Counted from the stretch's first letter, positions 40,948 through 51,787 are shown. The stretch is DNA of 64,000 bases from an uncultured Nitrososphaerota archaeon (GCA_963824385.1 CAWGPD010000001.1:96001-160000); one strand, 5' to 3'. Numbers and translations are program-made. The notes: generated by a model from the letters alone, not told the origin.

Positions 40948-41887
40948 ATGATAAAGCCCGGCAAACCTGTCAAGGATATTTGTATAAAAAAAGGAGATAC
41001 CATTGATACAATATTTGATCAAATGTCAAAGTCAGGTGGGTTTGAATCAAAAAATCTTGTGGATGGTCTCAATATTTTAACTTCGATGATAGAAGACAAA
41101 AACTGTCTGAAATTTATGTCGTTTGTTGGTGCCATAATATCAACAGGTCTGAGAGGAGTAATTACAGACATGGTAAAAAATAGAATGTGTGATGTCATAA
41201 TTACTACTTGTGGAGACTTTGGACCATGACATAGCTAGACATTATTCTAATTATCTAGAAGGTTCGTTTACAATGGATGATAGTGAGCTTATGGAAAAAG
41301 AGATTCACAGACTAGGAAATGTTCTAGTTCCAATGAAAAGCTATGGTCCATTAATTGAAGAAAAAATGCAAAAATTTCTTCAACAAGCATACAAAGATGG
41401 CAAGAGAGAGATGTCAACTAGAGACATAACAAAAATGATTGGAGAACAACTCGGAGAGGATTCGTTTCTTTACTGGGCCAACAAAAATAACATCCCTGTC
41501 ATAGTTCCAGGAATAATGGACGGTGCAGTAGGAAGTCAAATCTGGATGTTTTCACAAATTCATGCAGATTTTAAATTAAATATTTTATCTGACGGAGATT
41601 TATTATCAGGATTAATCTTCAAGGCAAAAAAATCTGGTGCACTAATGATAGGAGGAGGCATATCAAAACATCATACTTTATGGTGGAATCAATACAGAGA
41701 AGGTCTTGACTATGCAGTATACATTACAACTGCTCAAGAATTTGATGGTAGTTTGAGTGGAGCACTTGTTAGAGAGGCAATATCATGGGGAAAAGTTACA
41801 AAGAATGCAAAACAGACTACGATACATGCAGAGGCAACAACAATTTTGCCATTTCTTTATTCGGCACTACTTGCAAGAATCAAATAG
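40948..41887 (+). CDS. dys: Deoxyhypusine synthase, frameshift near 41216
   Basis: GAIISTGLRG, HRLGNV, GGGISKHH, FDGSLSGA, EAISWGK. Confidence 0.92.
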
Positions 41888-42581
41888 TATAGATGTTTTT
41901 TTGATAGATATCCTCAAACCCTAGATTAGCATAAAATTTTGATAGATTATCCCGCTCGTAGGCCTCAAGCATTAAAAACTCTAAATTTCTAGAGTGGACC
42001 TCGTGTAATGCAAAGTCAATCAAAGAGGCAGCATAGCCTTGTTTTCTCCCAGATGGGACGGTTCCAAGACAATAAAGTCCCAAGATTGAATTTTTTTCAT
42101 ATAAAACCATGCATGAACTGCTTGATTTATCCACATAATACTCTGCCAGGGAAAGCGAGTTTTTCAATATAGAACTAACAGGTTCTGCCCACTCTTTGCA
42201 ATCATATGCTTCACAAAAGATCCTAGTCCATAAAGAAACAGTATCAGTTGTTATCTTTATCGCAGAAGGTGTCTTCGATGATAATGTTCTTTTTTTTAAT
42301 ACGTGTTGAGAATCATGATATACAAAGCCCTTACTTTTGAGAAAGTTCTCAAGTTCGGGATAGTTTAGAGAATAGACGTATGGGGTAGAATTATTTTTTT
42401 GAAATAGTTCCATTGATTCTGTAATCATTTTTTCGCTTGTACATGTTACATTTGTCAACTTGTTAAAAAAAATGTCATCTGCAAGTTTTGGATTTAAAAA
42501 TACAGTGCCGCATTCCAGTTGAGTTTGATTACTCCATATTTGTGTAAAACCATTGTCATTTGATTCTGTGTTTTGCATCAT
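41880..42581 (-). CDS. GNAT-family acetyltransferase
   Basis: LGTVPSGRKQGYA motif A and FYANLGF; ATGA overlap with the upstream CysRS-like gene. Confidence 0.85.
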   Translation of the reverse strand: MMQNTESNDNGFTQIWSNQTQLECGTVFLNPKLADDIFFNKLTNVTCTSEKMITESMELFQKNNSTPYVYSLNYPELENFLKSKGFVYHDSQHVLKKRTLSSKTPSAIKITTDTVSLWTRIFCEAYDCKEWAEPVSSILKNSLSLAEYYVDKSSSSCMVLYEKNSILGLYCLGTVPSGRKQGYAASLIDFALHEVHSRNLEFLMLEAYERDNLSKFYANLGFEDIYQKNIYTI

Positions 42582-43738
42582 GGTATGATTCCAAGTATTT
42601 TGCATATACGATCAAAATCATTTTGGTTTATTCCCTTTCCATTTTTCACTTCGATGCAGATTTTTTCTAGTGTGTCAAGAGCCTTTGGAGAATCAAGATC
42701 ATCATATAGCGATTGTATGAAATCGCCAATTAGTTTACTTATATCGTTATGAGTTTTATCAGAGACTCTAGATTTTGCCAACTGGATTAAATCCAGTAAT
42801 GGTTTTTTTATCAATAGTTCTTTTTCAGAAAAATCCATGTCATCACGATAATGTTTAGAAAAAATATACAGTCGTATTATATTCTGGTCGTACTTTTTAA
42901 TCAAATCTTTTACCCATACAACATTTCCAAGAGATTTTGACATCTTTTCTCCTCCAGATAAAACAAGACCCACATGTACCCATGCTTTAACAGGAATATC
43001 GGTATCCGATAGGAGTTGATACTGTGCAAGATGCGCCTCATGATGAGGATACAAGAGTTCTCTTGCACCACCATGAATATCATAATTCTTGCCAAAATTC
43101 TCAAATGCGACAGCTGTATCTTGCATGTGCCACCATGGAATTCCCTCTCCAAGTTCACTCTTCCATGAGAAATCAAAATCATCAGTGCAGTTCCACAACA
43201 TGATATCTTCTGGATTTTTCTTTCCGGGACCAATGTCTAGTCGGTGTAGGCTCAATTGTTGCTTTGTTTGATGCGAAATCTTGCCATAGTTTTTCACTTT
43301 GGAGATATCAAGATAGACATTTCCATGAGCCATGTAAGCAACTTGTTTTTGAATCAATGTACCAACTTGATTTTCTATATGGGATACATAGTCTGAAACA
43401 AATGCAAGTCTAGTAATACTTTGTATATTTAGTGATTGAATGTCAGTTAGAAATGCGGACGCATAAAATTTAGCGACGTCTTTGTAGGTGGTAGAATTTT
43501 CTTTAGCTTTGTTAAAGACATTTTGATTGATATCTGTAATATTTACAAGAATGTCAGTTCCAAGACCTTGATCATTTAAGCATCTAGCTAGAAGGTCATA
43601 TGTTAAAAATATCCTAGCATGACCTAAATGAGTATAGTCGTATACAGTGGGACCACAGATGAATACTTTGACAAGATTTTTGTCAAATGGAACAAAGTCT
43701 TCTTTAGATGATGAAAAAGAATTAAAAAGTTTGAGCAT
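42578..43738 (-). CDS. Cysteinyl-tRNA synthetase-like protein (short paralogue)
   Basis: CGPTVYD, HLGH, IHGG, KMSKS. Only 386 aa, with PWWHMQD in place of PGWHIEC. Confidence 0.85.
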   Translation of the reverse strand: MLKLFNSFSSSKEDFVPFDKNLVKVFICGPTVYDYTHLGHARIFLTYDLLARCLNDQGLGTDILVNITDINQNVFNKAKENSTTYKDVAKFYASAFLTDIQSLNIQSITRLAFVSDYVSHIENQVGTLIQKQVAYMAHGNVYLDISKVKNYGKISHQTKQQLSLHRLDIGPGKKNPEDIMLWNCTDDFDFSWKSELGEGIPWWHMQDTAVAFENFGKNYDIHGGARELLYPHHEAHLAQYQLLSDTDIPVKAWVHVGLVLSGGEKMSKSLGNVVWVKDLIKKYDQNIIRLYIFSKHYRDDMDFSEKELLIKKPLLDLIQLAKSRVSDKTHNDISKLIGDFIQSLYDDLDSPKALDTLEKICIEVKNGKGINQNDFDRICKILGIIP

Positions 43739-43746
43739 TTTTTGAC

Positions 43747-43992
43747 TTAACGTCCACCCTGAGACAGGATTGGAGTTAATGTCACAGTAGATCGAACCTT
43801 TGCAAGTCGTCTAATTTTGTGAGTTATGATTGACTCTAGTGAAGATTGGGAATCAGCTTGCAATTTTACAAATATATCATATATCCCATATGTTCCTCGT
43901 ACCTCTTTTACTTCGGGAATTTTTGCAAGCTCTGATATAATATCAACTTCAGAGCCCAGATCACAGTTAATCAGTATGTAAAGTGATTCCAT
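43747..43992 (-). CDS. Lrp/AsnC ligand-binding (RAM) domain protein
   Basis: GTYGIYDIFVK and VRSTVTL motifs. Confidence 0.88.
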   Translation of the reverse strand: MESLYILINCDLGSEVDIISELAKIPEVKEVRGTYGIYDIFVKLQADSQSSLESIITHKIRRLAKVRSTVTLTPILSQGGR

Positions 43993-44060
43993 GACTAAAG
44001 TCTATTTTTGCCACATAAAATGATATCCATATTTAAAAAGGCGTATTCGATAACTCGTAT

Positions 44061-44780
44061 ATGGCAAATGAGACTGTATTTGTAAGAGAGATAATTCCAA
44101 TCGATGTAAAAGACGGCTATCTCATTGATGGTTTTCCATATACAGGATTGGCAAATGCCATAGCAACAGAATCACTTGTCAATAACACCGCTCAGTTTGA
44201 ACTAGCAGGTGTTCTTGATTCAGAATTATTTCCTCCAATTAGCATAGTAAGAGATGAAGTGCCAAACTTTCCAGCAAGAATTCTGGTTAATAAAAATCTA
44301 AGACTAGCAGTATTTTCATCATATCTTACTCCTCATGAATCAATTCATCGTGAAGTGGCAAAGACCATGTTAAAGTGGGCTAGTGACCACAAATGCTCAC
44401 TTATCATCAGCAGCTCTGCAATCAAAAGTGATGAGGATGCACCTTTTGTAATAGGAGTTGGAAGTACTGATGCGGCCAAGAAGAAACTGCGTGATGCATC
44501 TATTCCAGTATTAAAAAATGGTACAATACCCGGCATTCCAGGAATTTTACTAAATGAGGGATTGATATCAAACATCAATGTCATTGTACTCTTGTGCAAA
44601 GCCAGAGAATCAGGTCCTGACTTTAGAGCAGGTGCAGAGATTTGTATGGCAATGTCAAAACTAGTTCCAGGTGCCTCATGTGATCTTAAATCATTACTAC
44701 GTGAAGCTGAAGGCATAGAAGAAAACCTCAAACAGACAGAGCAAGATGCAGGTCCACTCCGAGATGCAATTTACGGATGA
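44061..44780 (+). CDS. PAC2-family proteasome assembly chaperone
   Basis: LIDGFPYTGLANAIA, GPDFRAG, C-terminal IYG. Confidence 0.85.
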   Translation: MANETVFVREIIPIDVKDGYLIDGFPYTGLANAIATESLVNNTAQFELAGVLDSELFPPISIVRDEVPNFPARILVNKNLRLAVFSSYLTPHESIHREVAKTMLKWASDHKCSLIISSSAIKSDEDAPFVIGVGSTDAAKKKLRDASIPVLKNGTIPGIPGILLNEGLISNINVIVLLCKARESGPDFRAGAEICMAMSKLVPGASCDLKSLLREAEGIEENLKQTEQDAGPLRDAIYG

Positions 44781-45025
44781 CATACCAAGAACGTTCCATT
44801 ACAAAAGACAACTTGGAGAAATTTTTAAGATTATTAGATTCTGATGAAGGCATAAGAATCGATAATGAATCAGGTCACATATTTATCAACAAGACTTTGA
44901 AAAGATACTGCATAAATATTTCAAATAATGACAAAGACGAGTTTATCTACAAAAATACAGTAAAAGATACAATTGAATTTTTACAAGATCATATTACTGA
45001 AACATCAAAGATTGTCGCATACTAG
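44777..45025 (+). CDS. Hypothetical protein
   Basis: 82-aa ORF with ATGA coupling. Confidence 0.6.
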   Translation: MTYQERSITKDNLEKFLRLLDSDEGIRIDNESGHIFINKTLKRYCINISNNDKDEFIYKNTVKDTIEFLQDHITETSKIVAY

Positions 45026-45100
45026 ATATTCATCCACAGTCTAATCCTTTGACATCGGATTTACATTCAGAGATATTAAGAAATTTTTGTATTTAGAATT

Positions 45101-45379
45101 CTAGCCTTTTGAGACGTCTATCTCTATAGTTGAGACATTTCTTTCTTTTCCATCTTTTGATTGCAATCTCTCAGAGAAGATCCTCACACTGCTTACTTTG
45201 TATCCCATTGCATTCATTCGTTTAACTATCATTTGGGAAACATCTACGGCAGTGATTATGCTCCTGCCTCTTGCCTTTATAGTAACAGTGGGCTCGTTTG
45301 CTAAAAGTGTCAGAGTAGCATTAAGATATGTCAAAATGGGTTTTTTACCAATAAATATGATATTAGGCGGTCTTGACAT
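45101..45379 (-). CDS. albA: Alba DNA/RNA-binding protein
   Basis: IFIGKKP..Y, IKARGRSI..AVDV, VSTIEI. Confidence 0.92.
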   Translation of the reverse strand: MSRPPNIIFIGKKPILTYLNATLTLLANEPTVTIKARGRSIITAVDVSQMIVKRMNAMGYKVSSVRIFSERLQSKDGKERNVSTIEIDVSKG

Positions 45380-45596
45380 ACGACAACTTTTGTTGTGTTT
45401 TATTTAATGGTTAGTCTAGCAAAACTGGGCTTGACTAATTAACAGGCTCATTTGAACACATCTAAAAGATCTTGTTACAATATAGTAAATCAATTTCTAG
45501 TCAGACACAAAATAATTTTAAAAAAACTAGACTAGTCATGATATAATTGATAATCTATTTGAATTTTAAATATTAGTTGAGGCATTTACAATACCC

Positions 45597-45914
45597 GTGA
45601 CAAAAAATACAAAGAAAAAACCGTTTGACCCAGACAGATTATCACTTCAAAAAAAGGACATTTTAGAATTCTGTGAAAGAGTATTGGCAAACTGGCAAAA
45701 AGAGCCGCTAACTACTGAAATGACTCGAAATATTTCAGCAATGGTTGCAGTAAGAACTGCGATTTATTTTACAGATGAGGAATCACTAAAGGCCATTTGG
45801 TCAGAGATTGTAAAATGGATTTATCAGTTATTATATGAAAATGCAATGGCGCAAGGAAAAGAAGAAAAATCAGAATGGGCAGAAACCATGGAAAAAATAA
45901 AAAAAGAAAAATAA
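45597..45914 (+). CDS. Hypothetical protein
   Basis: 105-aa ORF with an upstream TATA-like sequence. Confidence 0.6.
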   Translation: MTKNTKKKPFDPDRLSLQKKDILEFCERVLANWQKEPLTTEMTRNISAMVAVRTAIYFTDEESLKAIWSEIVKWIYQLLYENAMAQGKEEKSEWAETMEKIKKEK

Positions 45915-45944
45915 ATCATAAATCCGGTTAGTTTGCACCTTTCC

Positions 45945-46190
45945 TTAATGGTTAAGGTTTTTTTTCTCGATATATCGTTGAAGGATATTTTCAATATCTT
46001 CAGATTGAGATTGTTTTACCTCTTCGATTACATCTTTTTCTGCTATTTCATAGCAATTTAGCATATCATTTTTTTCTTTGTAAAATAACAGGATTTTTTC
46101 TTGATATATACAATAATACAGCTTGTCAACTTCCATCTTCTCTGATCTTATTTTGACACCTTCAGGTTCTACTGCAATGGGATAATCCAT
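45945..46190 (-). CDS. Hypothetical protein
   Basis: 81-aa ATG ORF filling the intergenic space. Confidence 0.6.
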   Translation of the reverse strand: MDYPIAVEPEGVKIRSEKMEVDKLYYCIYQEKILLFYKEKNDMLNCYEIAEKDVIEEVKQSQSEDIENILQRYIEKKNLNH

Positions 46191-46288
46191 ATGTGATCCA
46201 TGATGAGAGTATATTTAGATTATATCAATAGACAAAACTTCAAAAACATAACAATAACGTAATAAGGATTTCAAATCATAAATTCATT

Positions 46289-47383
46289 GTGTCAGGCAGA
46301 GTCGTACTCCATATTGATTTTGATTACTTTTATGCCCAGTGCGAAGAGATCCGCAAACCAGATTTGAAAACAAAACCTATTGTCGTATGTGTTTATTCAG
46401 ATAGAGGTGGAGACAGTGGAGCAATTGCTACTGCAAATTACTTGGCAAGAAAATACGGGGTAAAGTCTGGAATGCCAATAAAATTTGCAAAAAAGAAACT
46501 AGAAGAGATTCCAGAGGCAGTATTTCTACCAACAGATTTTGATTATTACACCGAAGTTTCAGATAGTGCAATGGGAATAATCAGAACATATGCCGATGTT
46601 TTTGAGTATGTTGGAAGAGATGAGGCATATCTTGATGTTACAAAGCGAGTGGAATCTGATTTTAAAAGAGCAGCACATCTTGCTCAACAGCTAAAGAACG
46701 CATTACGCAGTACTGTAAAACTATCAAGTACAATAGGAATATCTGCAAACAAGCTTGTCTCCAAGATTGCCTCTGATTATAAAAAACCAGATGGTCTAAC
46801 TGTAGTCGAACCAGAAAAGGTCGAGTCATTTTTAGACCCATTACCAATAAGATCAATTCCAGGAATTGGAAAAAAATCGGAAGACCGGCTTGCAGAAATT
46901 GGTTTAGAAACAATATTACAACTTCGTAGTGCAGATGTCTTCACATTAAACGGACTATTTGGAAGAAAAGTCGGGACATACATCTACAATGCAGCACGTG
47001 GCATAGATGAAGAACCAGTCTCTCCAAGACACGACCCAGTCCAGTATAGTAGAATTATAACACTAAAGCAAGATTCCAAAGAGTTTAATTTTTTGGTAAA
47101 CAATTTAGAAAAATTATGTGGCGATCTACATGAAGCAATTGTTAAAGATGGAATATTGTTCAAGTCAGTTGGCATCCAGTTTGTAAATTCTGATCTTTCA
47201 AGCAGAACAAAATCAAGGGCTCTAAAAAATCCAACATCTGGTCTTGACGAATTAAAAAAAGCATCAAGCCAATTACTAAAAGAATCACTAGAAGACCAAA
47301 AGCTTCCAATCAGACGACTAGGAGTTAGAGTTTCAGATTTTTCACAAATTCATGGACAAGTAGACATTACACGATTTTTTTAA
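46289..47383 (+). CDS. dinB: Y-family DNA polymerase IV
   Basis: HIDFDYFYAQ, ATANYLARKYGV, RDEAYLD, C-terminal PIP box QVDITRFF. Confidence 0.95.
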   Translation: MSGRVVLHIDFDYFYAQCEEIRKPDLKTKPIVVCVYSDRGGDSGAIATANYLARKYGVKSGMPIKFAKKKLEEIPEAVFLPTDFDYYTEVSDSAMGIIRTYADVFEYVGRDEAYLDVTKRVESDFKRAAHLAQQLKNALRSTVKLSSTIGISANKLVSKIASDYKKPDGLTVVEPEKVESFLDPLPIRSIPGIGKKSEDRLAEIGLETILQLRSADVFTLNGLFGRKVGTYIYNAARGIDEEPVSPRHDPVQYSRIITLKQDSKEFNFLVNNLEKLCGDLHEAIVKDGILFKSVGIQFVNSDLSSRTKSRALKNPTSGLDELKKASSQLLKESLEDQKLPIRRLGVRVSDFSQIHGQVDITRFF

Positions 47384-47865
47384 ATTTGTACCCCTACTCG
47401 GGATGCCAGCCTCTTGTGTTCGTCATGAGATATCCATTCCACATGTAGATACTCAAATATCTCGGCATCTTTCATGCCTAGTCTTCTTGCCTCCTCAACT
47501 GCAATCTCATATGCTTCAATCTCAGTAGGTCTATCAACATAAGAGTAGGAACTATCATAGAGATCAAGTCCTGCCCTTTGCTGTTTCACATGGACTAGTT
47601 CATGAATTATATCTAGATAGAGAATTTTTTTCTCTGAATTTTTAAGATGGTCTCGTCCCACTACAATTGAGGCGTCTTCATTTTTAACATGCATATAATG
47701 GCTGCTCCCGTCTACTATTACAGGAGTTTTTTCAAATACATCTTCTAGAACTTCATAAGATTTGAAGACCTTGAAGAGAATTTCAACTGTTTTTAGATTT
47801 ACAAATATGTCTTCTAGATTATAGATTCCATCTTGTAGATCTCTATTTACTTGGATCCTGTTCAT
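47380..47865 (-). CDS. HExxH zincin-like hypothetical protein
   Basis: IIHELVHVKQ plus downstream EIEAY. Confidence 0.7.
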   Translation of the reverse strand: MNRIQVNRDLQDGIYNLEDIFVNLKTVEILFKVFKSYEVLEDVFEKTPVIVDGSSHYMHVKNEDASIVVGRDHLKNSEKKILYLDIIHELVHVKQQRAGLDLYDSSYSYVDRPTEIEAYEIAVEEARRLGMKDAEIFEYLHVEWISHDEHKRLASRVGVQI

Positions 47866-48787
47866 GTTTTGCAATCTCTAGTTTTTTGATACGTTTTGTT
47901 TCAACATACGTAACTATAAGCAAGAAGATAAAGAGCCACGGCAGAAACATAATCTCTCCTGCAATTCCATGAAATGACTCAAACTCGTTTACATTTGTTG
48001 ATACCTTGAGTACAAAGATGGATAATGAAAATATCCTAATTACGTTTACAGTAATTGTTCCTATCACACCCATGATAAAGTAGCCAATTTTCCTATTCCT
48101 TGGAATATTCATCTTTAACAAGAATGCCATCATCACAAGAGAATAGATGATCATACTATGGACACCAGCAGAGGGCCAAAACACCTGCAACGCAAATGGA
48201 CCGTGATCTCCATTTAGAAACATGACATTGCCTTGTGAAGTGGCATGACCCACGTGGAATAAACCAATTAGAAGAACATCAAGTTTTACAAGATATGGTA
48301 CAACATATTGCAACGGACCTAGAGAATCATATGGAAAAAATGCATCAAGTGAAAGTATGATTGCAGTTCCTGCTGTATATATCGGTCCTGCAGGAGATAT
48401 TCTAATCCATCTCTTGCCAAATAATATGGTCATACTTACCATAAAAAATGCCCCAAGTACAATAAAGTCCCACATCCAGGTCCAAGAATATATCACCTGT
48501 ATGTGGAACTGAGGAGCAACAGAAACGAGGTAATCCTTCAATCCTACCTGTAAAGCTATAAGGTAAGCAATCACAGCCCCTGCAAGAGGTATCAATGTGA
48601 GCAATTTTTTCTTTGGAATATCTAATTTTAGACCGATCAATTCTGCTGCAATAAAGGCCATTGCAAAGAGAAATCCGCCCCTGCCCTGATTCCAGCCAAG
48701 ACTAAACGTATCTGGAAATGCGGCTAGTGCAAATAATATCGGAGATGCAAGTATTGCCAGTGCAAAAATGACGCTTTTGTTTTGCAA
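47843..48787 (-). CDS. Thaumarchaeosortase (exosortase/archaeosortase family)
   Basis: Polytopic; FWPSAGVHS, NVIRI and FH at the exosortase triad positions. Confidence 0.82.
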   Translation of the reverse strand: MQNKSVIFALAILASPILFALAAFPDTFSLGWNQGRGGFLFAMAFIAAELIGLKLDIPKKKLLTLIPLAGAVIAYLIALQVGLKDYLVSVAPQFHIQVIYSWTWMWDFIVLGAFFMVSMTILFGKRWIRISPAGPIYTAGTAIILSLDAFFPYDSLGPLQYVVPYLVKLDVLLIGLFHVGHATSQGNVMFLNGDHGPFALQVFWPSAGVHSMIIYSLVMMAFLLKMNIPRNRKIGYFIMGVIGTITVNVIRIFSLSIFVLKVSTNVNEFESFHGIAGEIMFLPWLFIFLLIVTYVETKRIKKLEIAKHEQDPSK

Positions 48788-48827
48788 TATATCAAGTCCA
48801 AATTGTGTTAAATAAAAACTCTAGCAA

Positions 48828-49988
48828 CTAGAAAAAGTCTGAAATGGATTTCTGTTTTTTTGCCCGATACAACCTGCTGTGGGAGAGCCACTCATTTTTT
48901 CCTACGCTTAATCCTTTGCAAGCAGTGTCAAGTCCCTCTAGAAAATTTGGAACTAGAATAGGTTTTTGTTTTAATGCCATGCGTACTCCTTCTCTGACTT
49001 GCCAGACACCTACAGGTACTGCATATTCCGGCCTTATTTCACGCAATACCATCACACCTGCTTGCAATTTATGTTCATCAAGATATTCAGATACTGCAAG
49101 CCTTGATGCAAAGTGACCACCCGCAGTTTCAGGATAGTGTTTTAGCCCTGTGATATCTTCAAAATCACTGCCAAATCCTATATTTCCATGTTCGTCATAC
49201 CATGCTTCTTGTCACTCAAACATCCACCTGCTTGGAAACATTATGACATAAAAATAGTTACCAAGGTGATTATATGAAAATACTAGAGTTGTATCAAGGA
49301 TATCATATTCAATTATTTTTTCTACAAGTGCTTTTGATATAGTATCATCTGTTGCAGTAATGCTCCAGCGAGTTGGGACAAGTTTGCGGTTTTTTCCAAA
49401 CATTCCAATGCTAAAGCACTTTTGAATTCTTGAGATCTCTATACCCTTGTTGAAAAGATCAACTATGGCATCAGTAGCCAAGAGATCCTTGTCATAATAT
49501 GACTTTTGGATTTGTTTATCAGAAGACGAGTTTGAAAAAGTGGCAGATTTTATTTCTCCGATCGGTCCAAAGATAGGACTGTCACCATCAACAGATACGA
49601 TAGGTGAGGCATTTTTTACAAGTTCCATCTGTGCGTCAGTTGATCTTTCTGACATGGACATTTCTTGCAGACTTTCAATGTATCTTTGCCCAACATCCCA
49701 TACCTTTACTGGTTTTATTCCACGAACTAGACTTAACCTGTAATTTACTATATCTTCAAGACTTTTTCCAACCCATTTTTCTGGAGAATCAAGTATTGCA
49801 GTATCTCCATGAATTGGGGGCAACATAGGACCCACCAAAACTTTGGGATACCCATATGCTCCTACAAATACAGATGGAGGAGTAGAACCGTCAACATGAT
49901 TAGATGAGAAAAGATTTCCGTAACGTGAAAGATATTCCTTCCAGTTTGATTCTATCGCCTTTCTAATATCTGCACCAGTGCGCTTCAT
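48828..49988 (-). CDS. Nre-family DNA repair protein; in-frame TGA at 49212-49214
   Basis: TPPSVFVG..GYPKV, LVPTRWSITATD, PVGVWQVRE, C-terminal PIP box QKSISDFF. The two ORFs share one frame (387 codons). Confidence 0.88.
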
Positions 49989-50071
49989 GGAATTTCTAGT
50001 ATGATCATGCCAATAATATTATTCAAGTAATCTGTTTTGAGTTATATTCAGCTTGGTTCCAATTTTATAAC

Positions 50072-50455
50072 ATGGACTCGGAAACTTTTGGTGTAGAAAA
50101 AGGATACGGAGTGTTAGCTGTAGAATGGATGAATGAAGAGGCAAAAAAAGCAGGTCTAAAGTTTGAGGCAAGATTGTACAATCAAGAAATCACAACAAAG
50201 AATTTTGGCACATTTGAGATGTATTCGTTAATTGCAGATCCTAAAGCTGCAAGAGAATTAACAATGAAAGCAAGTAAACGATTTAAGATCAAGGTCATAG
50301 AAGGAGGATACAAGACAAGAAAACTTTTGGTCAAAGTTGCCAAAAATGAATATGGATTAATAAAAAAAGTGGACAGGATAATAGGCCAAATAGAATTTGA
50401 GTCATCTAGGTTTTCACGTGGCGACTGGAAAGTAACAAAAGAAGAGAGAAGGTAA
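50072..50455 (+). CDS. Hypothetical protein
   Basis: 127-aa ATG ORF with typical codon usage. Confidence 0.7.
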   Translation: MDSETFGVEKGYGVLAVEWMNEEAKKAGLKFEARLYNQEITTKNFGTFEMYSLIADPKAARELTMKASKRFKIKVIEGGYKTRKLLVKVAKNEYGLIKKVDRIIGQIEFESSRFSRGDWKVTKEERR

Positions 50456-50500
50456 CACAATAGTTTTGTGACCAATATCACATATTATAACAAAAAGTCC

Positions 50501-51073
50501 TCAGGCATTTACAGTAAGATTACTTTTTCCATTTTCATAAATCAGATATGCATGATGACTTTCTTGCAATTCCTCGAGCCATTTCATCCATTGATTAGTT
50601 GCTTTTATTTCAGATAGTTGATAGGTACACAATATAGAACCATTTAGTTTGTCAAACATACTATTATGGAATATTTTTTCGAATTTGACTTGAATAGCCA
50701 TTGCAGTCTCTGTTTCCACATAAGGAAGTAGCCTTCCCACAATTCTGAAAGGAGTTTCGGGATTTGGAAGTATCCTTTGCATTAATGCTTGAACTGAATC
50801 TAAAAAATCTGCAGAGTCTTCCATAGGATTTCCAATACTGAGAATTTTTAGCAATCCTTTCTTTTTATAATGACTAAGATCAATGCCAAAAGACAGCATT
50901 TCTTTTTCAACTGGCTTTACGTCACCATGAACAAGATAAATCGATAATTCATTTCTATCAAGTCCCTCTTTTATGAATTCAAATTCTATTTTACGACCCA
51001 TTGCTACATCATCATATGCAACCATAAAGTGTTTTTTAGAATCAAACTTTCCAAAAGATAGAGGTGGATTCAC
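50501..51073 (-). CDS. MEDS sensory-domain protein (start uncertain)
   Basis: HFMVAYDD...FIKEGL..NE, RIVG, ILCTY, HH pattern. Confidence 0.7.
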   Translation of the reverse strand: MNPPLSFGKFDSKKHFMVAYDDVAMGRKIEFEFIKEGLDRNELSIYLVHGDVKPVEKEMLSFGIDLSHYKKKGLLKILSIGNPMEDSADFLDSVQALMQRILPNPETPFRIVGRLLPYVETETAMAIQVKFEKIFHNSMFDKLNGSILCTYQLSEIKATNQWMKWLEELQESHHAYLIYENGKSNLTVNA

Positions 51074-51104
51074 ATATGATGATAAGTGCTTTAATCTATA
51101 TGCA

Positions 51105-51681
51105 TTATGGACCAAATCCCAAGGATGCTTTTGCAAGCAATTGTGCAACTTTTATTGGTTCTGGCACAGAGCCCCGCAGAGTAACCAAGTCTAGAAATTT
51201 TTTTGCCTCTTCCAATGGACAACCTTCGTGTCTCAAGTATAGTTTGTAACCAGTATGTAAAGTAATTTCTGTTCTCTTTCCAAGTTTATTATATTGTTCA
51301 AGTTTAGATTCATAAGAATTTGGAAAATGACGTCGTATTGCATCCTTCAATTCCCCCCGAATCTTCAAAAGTAACACCGATGACTGGAATTTTTGTTCTC
51401 TCCCAGATTTTTTTTATGTCTATAATATTATACATGGAAATTACAAGCCCTGAAATTATGATATAACTAATGTCGTCTCGATTTAATCTAGAATACATGC
51501 CAAGAATTGCATCAGTTGCATCATCTCCTTCTACAGTACATCTTCCAAACACAAATCCATCAATGATAAAATCTCTTCTAATAACTACGCCTGCAAGCCT
51601 TGAGAAATTATCCCCCTGCTTGAAACTCTCGGCAATTGCAAGCCCTCGTAGGCCTTTCTTTTCAAGATGCATGTGATTCAT
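51105..51681 (-). CDS. DUF99 / endonuclease V-like protein, frameshift near 51344
   Basis: GLAIAESF, TVEGDDATD, YNIID, VPEPIKVA. Confidence 0.82.
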
Positions 51682-51787
51682 TATTTTTTAATCTTGAGAA
51701 TCTCTTGTAAACAAGACCTATGACAACCATGCAAATTGCTGTTATAGCAGACCATGAAGCCAAGGCAGTAGTATCAAGTAGAGTCAA
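51662..51787 (-). CDS. Possible small membrane peptide (41 aa)
   Basis: TTG start; MTLLDTTALASWSAITAICMVVIGLVYKRFSRLKNNESHAS has one TM and a basic tail. Confidence 0.35.
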   Translation of the reverse strand: MTLLDTTALASWSAITAICMVVIGLVYKRFSRLKNNESHAS

